Positions 28,537 to 39,000 of a stretch of 64,000 nt of DNA are shown here, one piece after another (within the stretch, counting starts at the first letter, position 1; every line of letters begins with the position of its first letter). The notes beneath the pieces are model-generated. The model searched no databases, was not told the origin of the DNA, and was given only the letters and a program-made list of their open reading frames with translations. A program made the position numbers and the translations under genes. Source of the stretch: a virus; the IMG/VR virus record IMGVR_UViG_3300026097_000805, positions 64,001 to 128,000 of that record; one strand, written 5' to 3'.

Positions 28537-31308
28537 TTAAATGTTAAATTTATAATTTGCGAACAGCACATACTGTTCTTCTGAATTTCCAGTTGTGCTG
28601 TCGATAATATACCTGTCCATATCAAAGTTAAACTGTGTAAAATCTGGATCTACAAAATCTAATGCGTTTTTCACAATAGCACTAGTTCCTGGTTTACAAT
28701 ATACCAAAGGAATAGCATTTACAAATCCTAATTCGTTGACACTGTCTACTTGTGCTGTACGCATCCATAGAGGAAGAAAATTTCGTTCTGTACTTCCTAG
28801 GTCTCGTATAGCATCTCTCATGTGACTAATATTGGATATGTATCTCACATGATCACCTGCTCCGTCGACTGTTATTGCATTTGTATCAACCGTAATAGTA
28901 TTTGCCGGATCTGGTCTATATTTTTTACTTATAGGAGTTCCTAAAGTAAATGGAACTTCAATTTCTGACCCGTCTCTAAGGGTAATCAGTAATTTAGTAG
29001 ATACAGGGTAGGTCACCTTAAAGTCTCTTGTAAACAAGTCAATGCCAGGTCCAAAATCTACATCTGCTATGTCACCGTTTCGGGTAGTAATTTTTGTTAT
29101 ATTTGGTAAGGCATCGTACAGTTCGTTTACACTTGTATATTTGACAGAGTTAACAATCTGGGGTGATTTATTTTTTATTTTAATTTGTTTTTGTACATCG
29201 CCGACGGCACTTTCATATGGATCAATTACTTCAATATAAATTACTTCATATACAATATCATTCGTTCCAGGCGTTTTAGCAACAGCCGTTTTTACTTCGC
29301 CTAATTTTAATTGACGTCTAGAATGGTTTTTTGCTGCTGCTGCCACATATTCTTGTATACTCTTTGTTTCAATTCCCGAATATAACAACATTTTTAATTT
29401 TCTTTGTAAGCCGAAGTTTGGATCATTGGGTCTATATATATAATCAGGATTAAAAACTTCGCCATTGTTGATTAGGTCGATCAAGTTTTGACGTTTTTCA
29501 CTTTTCATAAATGGCTGTACATATATATTGCTGTATTGTTTATTACCAGGGTCTGACACTGTTATATTGAAATGTCTTTGTATCGCACTATATCCAAATT
29601 GATCTTGTGCTTTTATTGTAAAACTATACTTCCTGTCAACCGTAGTTGTATTACCATCTAGAATTAGATCTTTTCCGTCAAAAACAGTTAGTCCTGGATT
29701 CAATTCAGTTCCAAAAGGTCTAATTTTACCTATAATTTCTCCATCTAAGCTTAGACTTAATCCTGGAGGAAGTGTTCCGCTTTCAAGTGAGTATATTAAT
29801 CTTGCATTAGGCACTGTGGTTTGCGCACTAACGCTTAAAGTACTGATATAGTTTGCACTAATGCTTCCTAGATTCTCTGGAGTTAGCCATTGTATTGTAC
29901 TATCTATTTCACCGATCAGGCTGATTGTAAACGTTTTAGATTTTTCGGCAATTTCTTGTGCAGCTACATCTACAGTGCCTAAATCAATAGTATCACCTAT
30001 ACCGACGTTCTCAGTTAGGACTTTATCTAAAGTGAGTACGTCATATAAGCTATTGACTGTGTTTATACTTATTACTTTATAGGCTGTAGTCCCTACGCGA
30101 AATTCTTGATTTAAAGCATATGATGAAAATTCACCTAATTTGTTTATTTTAATTGTATTTGTGCCCTGGGTAGTATCCTCATACGCAAACTGTTGAAACT
30201 GTATTGTATCAGAACCTGAATCGATTCTTCTTGCATTTATTGTGAATTTGTATTCTTTTGTAATTGCAGGTTGGTACGGAGTATATCCTGCTACTTCACC
30301 TGTAGTGCTGTCAAGTGTCAACCCAGGCGGCAATAAACTATCGCTCCCGTCGTCGTTTTTACTTGCTAAATTGTAAACAACGACTCCAGTTAATGTATTA
30401 GGATCAATTACGTCTAATTTTAAGGTCACGTAATTATTGGCTCTGCGGAAGCCGAAGTCTCTAGGTGTAATCCAAATAGGAGTTCTTACATGTGTGATAT
30501 CTGCTGTAAAAGTTCCTGTGCCTACTTGCATTATAGTTGTATCAGCACGGAAGAAATCATCACCTACTACATAAATTCTAAATGTTCTTCTTGCTATAGT
30601 ATCACCATCTGAGACATTTACTGTAAATTGATAATATCTATTTAATTTCTTAGGAGAACGAGTAGGTGTGCTAAAGTCATAAGTTGTTGTATCGTAAAAA
30701 TAACTATCATAGCCATTGTTAGATCTCACACTCCAGTCATATCCAATTTTAGACAAATAGTCAAACGGGCCATCGTCATAATAACCGCTCGATGCTGCTT
30801 TCTCTATTGCTAGAATAGGATCTACTATACCTATCAATCTTCCATCAGTAGTAAGCTGAATACCTGGCGGAAGTTGTCCGTCTCTATTACCTATAAAATA
30901 TTCTAAGGATTGACCTGTACTAGTATCTTGATCAGTTGCCTCTAATTGGAATTCTATTGGAGCACTGTCTAAGATAAAGTATTGTCCATTTATGCCAACA
31001 GGTAAAAGATCTTCTGCCGTCACCCACTGAGGCGCATCTTCTCCTTGTATTACTATTTTGAAAGTTCTATCACTAATAGCGCCTTGATATGATGCTCTTA
31101 ACACAAAAGTAAAAGTAGTCTCTCTAGGAACTTCAAATGGTGTTCCTACAATTTGATTAGAATCTAACCGCATGCCATCAGGCAAAGACCCACTAATCAG
31201 TGTTGTTGTAGCTGAGTTTTCTGTAAGTGGTAAAGCAACACTGGTTGTTCTTCTCTCTTGAAGTGTTGCAATTATTTCACCTGATGATCTTGACCATAGT
31301 CCTGACAT
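28537..31308 (-). CDS. Baseplate wedge-like protein with putative Ig (He_PIG-like) repeats
   Basis: Repeated SGxLPxGLxL..G.I.G...YxFTxxA units; C-terminal LPLWMR...FxxDRY. Confidence 0.75.
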   Translation of the reverse strand: MSGLWSRSSGEIIATLQERRTTSVALPLTENSATTTLISGSLPDGMRLDSNQIVGTPFEVPRETTFTFVLRASYQGAISDRTFKIVIQGEDAPQWVTAEDLLPVGINGQYFILDSAPIEFQLEATDQDTSTGQSLEYFIGNRDGQLPPGIQLTTDGRLIGIVDPILAIEKAASSGYYDDGPFDYLSKIGYDWSVRSNNGYDSYFYDTTTYDFSTPTRSPKKLNRYYQFTVNVSDGDTIARRTFRIYVVGDDFFRADTTIMQVGTGTFTADITHVRTPIWITPRDFGFRRANNYVTLKLDVIDPNTLTGVVVYNLASKNDDGSDSLLPPGLTLDSTTGEVAGYTPYQPAITKEYKFTINARRIDSGSDTIQFQQFAYEDTTQGTNTIKINKLGEFSSYALNQEFRVGTTAYKVISINTVNSLYDVLTLDKVLTENVGIGDTIDLGTVDVAAQEIAEKSKTFTISLIGEIDSTIQWLTPENLGSISANYISTLSVSAQTTVPNARLIYSLESGTLPPGLSLSLDGEIIGKIRPFGTELNPGLTVFDGKDLILDGNTTTVDRKYSFTIKAQDQFGYSAIQRHFNITVSDPGNKQYSNIYVQPFMKSEKRQNLIDLINNGEVFNPDYIYRPNDPNFGLQRKLKMLLYSGIETKSIQEYVAAAAKNHSRRQLKLGEVKTAVAKTPGTNDIVYEVIYIEVIDPYESAVGDVQKQIKIKNKSPQIVNSVKYTSVNELYDALPNITKITTRNGDIADVDFGPGIDLFTRDFKVTYPVSTKLLITLRDGSEIEVPFTLGTPISKKYRPDPANTITVDTNAITVDGAGDHVRYISNISHMRDAIRDLGSTERNFLPLWMRTAQVDSVNELGFVNAIPLVYCKPGTSAIVKNALDFVDPDFTQFNFDMDRYIIDSTTGNSEEQYVLFANYKFNI

Positions 31309-31344
31309 ACGTTTTTCCCTATTATAACGTATTTATCGTAAATT

Positions 31345-32085
31345 TTAGATTGTTGGATTTGTAAATGTACCGTAGTCTGATGCAAGACCTGCAGGTGCAG
31401 AAAATGTACCGTAGTCTACTGATGCTGTTGCTATAACTAAATCTATACCACTTGTAGCTTCGTTTATAAATCCGCCATAATCTACTCCGAACAGTGTTCT
31501 ACCTAATGCTGCTTCATAGAATCTTAAATCAATATCATGTACATTACCTACATAATTTGGGGCTGTTATTTCTGTGTTTGCTGTAATAGTATTTACAGTT
31601 AGTATATTGACATTATTAATATCGTTCGCAGCGGCGTTCAATACACCACTAAGAACTGGACTAGGGTCTTGCGATACTAGATCTGTACCATTAATAGCTA
31701 TAGTTAACGTGTTTCCAGAAAATGTTGTATCAATATTTTGTCCACCTAGCAGATTAATTGCATCACTTCCTGTGAAGGCTAGGTTTCCTGTGTCAGCATT
31801 AAACTGAATATTTCTTAGGCTATCCGGCACACTTACGGTAATATCATTTGCTGTTGAAGTTAATGTAACGTTGTCTCCTGCAACAAGACTTTTAAATTCT
31901 AAAGTATTACCGTCTTTTACATAAAAAACGCCTTCCCCAGATCCTAAATTCTCTGCATCAGTGGCTACTGTGACTCTGCTATCAATGTCTGTAAAATTAC
32001 TGTTTACTTTTGCAAAAGCTACACGGAGATCGTCGCCTGTTCCATCATTTGCAATTTGTCCTATGTTAATTGTTTGTACTGCCAT
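31345..32085 (-). CDS. Baseplate/tail structural protein
   Basis: N-terminal INIGQIANDGTGDDLRVAFAKVNSNF motif (T4 gp9/gp10-like start). Confidence 0.75.
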   Translation of the reverse strand: MAVQTINIGQIANDGTGDDLRVAFAKVNSNFTDIDSRVTVATDAENLGSGEGVFYVKDGNTLEFKSLVAGDNVTLTSTANDITVSVPDSLRNIQFNADTGNLAFTGSDAINLLGGQNIDTTFSGNTLTIAINGTDLVSQDPSPVLSGVLNAAANDINNVNILTVNTITANTEITAPNYVGNVHDIDLRFYEAALGRTLFGVDYGGFINEATSGIDLVIATASVDYGTFSAPAGLASDYGTFTNPTI

Positions 32086-32097
32086 TTACATCTCCGT

Positions 32098-33000
32098 TTA
32101 TAAGTTTGCTAATACCCATGCCTTAAATGCTGCATAATCACCAGCACCGTCTTGAAGTGCTGTTTTTAGATCTGCAATTTTTACATAACCTGGTATCTCA
32201 CCATTTACGCCATCTACTAATAGTGTACTATTATCAGCAAATACACTACCAGTGACATCACCGTCTACGTTTCCGTTAACATTTCCGTAGACTTGACCAC
32301 TTATGTGTATGTCTTTAAATTGGTCTTCTGCACTACCGATATCGTATAGTTCACCTGCACCTGCTCTTGGCAGTACATGTCCTCTAATAGTGCCTGATAC
32401 GTTTACACTGCTAAGAATTGCGTCTACAAGAATAGTCGAGTCTTGTCCAAACACACTACCTATTAAATCTCCACTATTGTTTACATCAACAGTTAAATCT
32501 CCATTTTGGACTTGAGCTAGTGTAATATATCCTGAATCATTGTTTAAAGTGCTGATATTACTACCAGGTTGTAGAGCACTGTCTGCTGTTGTGCCCTGAG
32601 CACTAGTCGCAGCATCTGTTATACCATATCCACTTAGTGTTGTAGGCTTACTAGTTAGATCTGCAAATGCTACTGTTGTTAAATAACCCGAATCATTATT
32701 TAAATTACTAACATTACTACCTGTCACAACATAATTCGCATCATTTGTAAACAAGCTAATATTAGTAGGTTTATCCGAAAGATCGTCATAACTTCCGCTG
32801 GTGGCTATAGTTGCTAGAGGCGTTCCTCCTTTTGTAATAGTTGTTGCACTGATACTACCAATGGTAAGTGTTCCACTCCCTGTAATATCTACTACACCTA
32901 TTATACTATTTCCAGATAGCTGTAAACTATCTCCCGAAGGAATTTCCTTTATCTTATTACTATCCGAAGTATCTACTATTAGTGGAAATCTGTTTGCCAT
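32098..33000 (-). CDS. Tail-fibre-associated protein with short repeats
   Basis: ATSGSYDDLSDKP, ADLTSKPTTLSGYGITD, repeated NxSxLNNDSGY and GSVFxxxSTxLVD. Confidence 0.75.
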   Translation of the reverse strand: MANRFPLIVDTSDSNKIKEIPSGDSLQLSGNSIIGVVDITGSGTLTIGSISATTITKGGTPLATIATSGSYDDLSDKPTNISLFTNDANYVVTGSNVSNLNNDSGYLTTVAFADLTSKPTTLSGYGITDAATSAQGTTADSALQPGSNISTLNNDSGYITLAQVQNGDLTVDVNNSGDLIGSVFGQDSTILVDAILSSVNVSGTIRGHVLPRAGAGELYDIGSAEDQFKDIHISGQVYGNVNGNVDGDVTGSVFADNSTLLVDGVNGEIPGYVKIADLKTALQDGAGDYAAFKAWVLANL

Positions 33001-33048
33001 CTTGTAATCCTGTTTTATATATTTATCGGCTTTTGTAAGTTGTGAGCC

Positions 33049-36000
33049 TTAAACTCTGCCCACAACTACTTCAACTATACCTTTTTCTGTGTCTAGTTTT
33101 TCGCCAACAGCTTTACCAATCACTGTGCCAACTCTTGGATCATTGTCTACTATAGCATAACCAGGTATTGCACTGGCAACCAACATATCACCCTTACAAA
33201 CTTTGCCAATAACTTTACATGGCACACGCCCTTGCAGTGCGATAGGTGTAGCTATGCCAGGGCATGCTTGGTTCATTGTATATGCAGGGTTTTCAGATAC
33301 AACACCTGCAACTCTCGTTGAACGATGGTCTATACTTTGTGTAATTTCCTTTTCCCCACCAAACACGACTACTGTACCAAAATTATATTCAGCATCAGCT
33401 TCATAATATTCTGCCAAGTCAGCGTATGTTGCTTCAAAACGTGAACCGGTTGAAAGACTCCAATTACCAGTTATAGTACCTGAGGTTGCAGCAAGACCTG
33501 TACTTATAGTTCTAACTGTAAGTGTGTCTGTACCGGCAACTGTTACGCCACCAGCAGCAGCAATAGTTAAACGTTCTACTCCTGCCGTATAGAATCTCAG
33601 TTGATCGTTATCATCACCCGGTGCATCTTCAGCACTAATGTAAGTGTCTTGATCTACATCTTTTACACCACCCAATGATCCCCAATTTGAACCATCGTAT
33701 CCTTCAAACGTACTATCTGTAGTATTATAACGAACCATGCCTTGGGATGCTGTAGTACCAGCGGCTGTTCCAGGACGTTGAGCTGTTGTACCGACTGATA
33801 GTTTTAGTGCCCCTGTTCCTGAAACAAATACTTGTCCTGTTCCGTTTGCGCCTAAATTTAAATTAGCATTTGTTGTAAGTGCAGCTAAAGTATCTGTATT
33901 TACAGCACTAGAAGTTACTCTTGCCATAACACTGCCGCCCGCAACAAAAGTCACAATATCTGCGCCGCCTGCACTAAAACCTGTTCCTGCACCTATACCA
34001 ATACCTGTGCTATTTGCATCTTTTTCACCCGGTGCTTCAATAAATGAACTATAAATCCAACGTGCTGCTAAAGCAGAAGTTTCTACTGTACTACCAGCAC
34101 CACCTACTGTACCAAAGGTACTTGCTTGATGGAAGTTGCTTTCACTATATGCAGGTATATCACCAATTCTAACAACGCCGCCTGTATTAATAGTTGGCTT
34201 GCTTGCACCAGACGATGTAAAAATCGTGCCTTGCTCCGGCGTAGTCATTGTCAAAATAGCACTTGCTTCTGATAAAACAGTGTAAGAAGGGTCACCTCCT
34301 ATGATTAAACTATCTGCGTGTATTGCACCTGTGATGTCTCTTTTTACAAGACTATTGCCTGCATTATCGTATGCTATATCAGTATATGCATAATCGCCTG
34401 CACCTGCTGTGCCATATTGTATTAATGCTAATCCCGGATCGTTAGGAATAGTATTAGTTGGAGGATTAGACCAATAAGCTCTTTCCGCAGCAAAATCACC
34501 ATCTGCAAGGCCTGCACCTTTGTCAATTACATTAGCATAGGTATCAATTTCAGGACTACCGTTGCCTGATGTAGTTCTCCCAAATAATTGATATTGATCA
34601 ACAGCAGGAAGATCTGCAAGATCAACTCCATTAGCTGCTAGTGTCACCCACCCGTTTGTGACAGTGAAATCTCCGCTATCAAAACTGGCAAGACCTAGAT
34701 CAGCTTGTGCAATACCTGTAGCATTTGCTCTTGTAGTTGCGGCATTCATATTGAGTTTGCTTTGCGCAATAGCAGCAGAGTTATTAACATCAGCGTTCAC
34801 AATAGCCTGTGATTCAATTTGTAAATTTATTGTTGTGTCACTCGATGACCTATTTACGTTAATGTTAATATCGCTTGCACTATCTTCTTTTGCATTAGCA
34901 AACTCGTCTTGAGGATTTTCGAGAACAGCCGCAGCTTTTGTACCAGGTGATGTGACATACACAGGTGTAAGTGATGTGCTGAATCCTGCACCTGATTGTA
35001 AGTCATAAGTGATTATCTGAACATTTTGGTTTAAGGAATAATCAAATCTTGTTTCTACTGCAATGACAGTAGCAGTTGACGACCCGTCTTCAAGAGTATC
35101 ACCGGCTATTATTGATCCAACTGTAGGTTCAACAGTTAATCTTTTATAGCCTGTAGGAACAAATACTTGTTTTTGTTCATCTCCGCTTCCTGTTCTGTCG
35201 TGTATTACAACATTACGTATGTCATCTAATTCATCATAAGCCTGCGTTGCTTGAACAACATAGTCTTTTGTAGTAGCATCGTTGTCGTCAGTTGGATCTA
35301 GAAGATTTTTAATCTGTCTAGAATTCATATTCATGTTGCCTTCCATCTTTGTGGAACCGTCTAGTGCCATGAATCCAGGAGCAAATCTTGCACTACCTGT
35401 CAACTGAATACTTCCGTTATGACCTAGTCTTCTACTAACATAATTTGCAATTGCCTTTTCAGTTGGCACTGCTGTATCTGATAAATCTGTAAACAATTCG
35501 TCATTTGAAAATTCATTAATTGTTACACCATCTCTGAATCCTAGGCTAGCAGCTCTAGAAATACCAACTTCACCAGCGAATGTCACACTACCTGTGCTTT
35601 GGTCTACAACGAAATACTTACCTACTCTGAAGAATCCATCTTCGTCCGAGCTAATAAAAAATACTCTACCTTTTCTACGTTCCCAAACTTGGGCTTTTGT
35701 TGCATCATCCGCATTGCTGTACGAACCTGCCTTAGCAGCTGAACCGCCAAGTGGCGAACCTAATAATACGTTAGGATAATTACTTGTGTTAAAACCGCCT
35801 GTTCCTATTTGAGTAAAATCATGTCCTGTTGCTCTAAGCAAAGAGATCGCAATTGTAATTTCTGCCGTACTACCTGCAGGCAGTGCCGGAAATAGTTCTC
35901 TACCAGACGTGAATGAAGTTTTGATACCATTATTTGCACTGGTTCCTGTGATATCCCAATCAGCACCATCGGTTTGATAATCCTGTATTTCAATATACCA

Positions 36001-39000
36001 GACGCTATCAGATTTTATCCATCTACCGCCGCTAGTATATGCATCATACGCACTACTGTCCAATCCGCTAGTCAGACCGCTATCAGTATAAAGTTCAAAG
36101 GTATTTGTAGCAACATTTCCTACAAAAAACGTGTTGGTGTTAAGGTCTGTCATTCCTCCTACATCACGTATTTCTATGCTGTCCCCGTTTGATAGGTTAT
36201 GACTTGCACTAACTACCACAGCAGGATCGGCTTGTGTAATGCTTGTTATATTGCCTTGATCAACAGCATCATAGTCTATTATTTGGAATGTTTTTCCTTG
36301 GTAAGCAAAAATCTTACCCCCACTATATCCTACATCACCCGGATATAATATATTTTGATTTGTTGCATCAGTTGCATCAGCAACAAGACGTAATTCTGTT
36401 AGCACATTATCTAAAGGTTCTACAGCTATTTTTGTATCTGCAATTGTGCCTCCAAGTGTTTTCGCACCATCATCTGGATCTGTTGTACTAACATTGCCAA
36501 AATCCACAGTGATTATCTCAAAATCGAAACCGCTGTCAAATGTTGCCTTAACTTCGTCGGATCCTAATTCAAGTCCTTGGTCGTCTGTCTGTGTGAATCC
36601 TGTGCTTCTATATGTGGTTAAATCGCTTTCGTCAAAATTTACAGCAGTGCTAGGACGTTCTGTAATACTTTCGGGGTTTGCAACACTTGTAAAAATGAAA
36701 TTTTCACCTTGTCTGTATTCTATAAATGTATCATGAGTCACACTTGCTTGTAAATCTGCAAAGAAGTCAATATTAGATCCTGCTTCTTGAATAGTTAATC
36801 TATAAACATGATTACCTATTTCACCTGCCTTAGTCCATGTTCCGCCCGACGTATAGGCTGTAAATACAGTTCCGTCTACTGCTGAGGTTTGGCTTTGATT
36901 ACTATATAGAGTAAAAGTATTTGTTGTGACATCTCCTACATAATAAAAGTTGTCATTTAGCTCTACCATTCCTGATACACCAGTTATAGTAATTCTATCA
37001 CCATTGGATAAATTATGACCTGCGCTTGTAATTTCTATAGGAGATGCCTGTGTAGCAGCGGTAATATTGCCTTGTGTAGATGCTGCAATATAGGTACCTG
37101 GAGTGTTTTGATACACTGTTTGCACATCAATAGTTAAATCTCCTGCACCGTCGACGCCGCCTATATCAGCGCCGCTTATTGTAATTGTATCAGAATTTGT
37201 ATACCCACTTCCTACATTAGTGATTGCAAAACTAGCTGATCCGGCGGATATAGTTACACTAAATTCTGCTCCTATGCCGGACCCACTGGTTGACTTTTGT
37301 GCTACTCCAGTATAAGTAGCACTACCTGAAGGAACAGAGCCAGTTATACTGGTGTTGTCAACAGCTTCGATACCTGTAGCAACCACAGCTCCGGCTGCAC
37401 CAATTGTTCCGTCATTGTTTGGATCTGCTAAATTTTCAATTCTACTGATTCTATAATTTAGCGGCCCTGTTGCACCCCCATGATCAATTAGTATAAAACT
37501 ATTAGTCATCGGCGGTTCTTTAAAATCATATACGGTTATGCTTGTATCTTCAGATGCATTAGTAAATCCGCTATAAGTGAAAGCTTTTATCGGCTGCACC
37601 ATATTTCTTAAGGTTAGCACTTCGTCTGGAATTTCATTTGGGTCAGCGCCTTCTGCAACCAATCCAAAATTACCATAACCGTTTGAGCCGTTTAGTGAGC
37701 GTATTTCAGATCCGTTTGCAGCATAATAAGCAGCATGGCAGTAGTATGTAAACATACTAACCATTTCTGAGAATGCACCGTTTGTCGTTACAAGGCCATA
37801 ACCTAAGTCATTAATCTGTGTAAAGTCGTTGCCTAAAATTGATCTATTACCTGCTGTCTGCAGGAAAATATCCTGAATAACATCGTTTGCATCGTGTCCA
37901 GGATCGCCTATATCATCCGAGCCTGTATAATTCCAGCCATTACCGTTGTTAGATCCCGGGTCTAGATAAATTACAGCACGACCTGTTCCGCTATCATAGT
38001 TTGAAATGGCATTTACTTGATAACGTTGCCCTTCAAAGTAAAAAGGTGCAGGTAGTTCTGGAAGCCTCAGTTTAAGCCCTTGCGGTTCGCCACCTACATC
38101 TTGTGACTCTACATATAATGTGAATGCGTTAAGAGCTACTGTGCTTGCGCTGTCTGTGTAATTTCCACTATTTGCTTTTATACGCATAGGTATATTACCA
38201 GCAAATGCATCGACAAACATGCCGCCACTAAATGCCTGTGCGTTTCTTGATCTTGAAAAGCTAGATGCTGTTTGTATATATGGTGATTTTGTTAGAATCT
38301 GTCCTGTAGGATCCAACACACACATAAATCCTCCATGACCTTGTACAGTAACATTACGCACAATAGTAGCATCGTCCATCATGAATACGTCTACGCCGTC
38401 TGCATCATTACGCTTTGGAGGATTGTAGTCTGCATCAAAGGCAAAATTAACTTTATCTACAAGCTCTCCTACAAGAGCCACTGAACCTGCAACTTCTTGC
38501 CATTTGGTTGTGTCAGTCAATTTTTGATAGGTTGCACTTAATGGATCTAAGTCTTCGTCTGCTGCAATTGACGTGTGTGCAGACACAGCTTTATAGAAAA
38601 ATGTATCTAGTCCTACAGTTTTTTTAACAAAATCTCCTTGTGCATAATTAGTTCCTGCTGCCCATGTAGGTTCTGCTACGCCGCCGTCTAAATCCACAGC
38701 AACAGTGCCTCTTATAGTCGAAGGCGCTGTTCCTGTTAACAAGTCACTAGCAAGAGTTGAAATATAGTTGATTGCATCTTCGGTTTCTGCTTCTGTACCC
38801 GGTGTAAGTGCGCCCGTATAATACTCCCCTTGTGCTTCTAAAACTCCTTCTACGCCACCCCTTTCTAAGTCGTTGATAATTGCGTCAACAATTAAACCTA
38901 CATCTCTTTCACATTTTGTTCTTGATTCTGAAGAGAATAATAACGGATAAGTTGCATCTACATATTCGCCCACTTCTGTTTGAATAAAGGATCTGTTTAA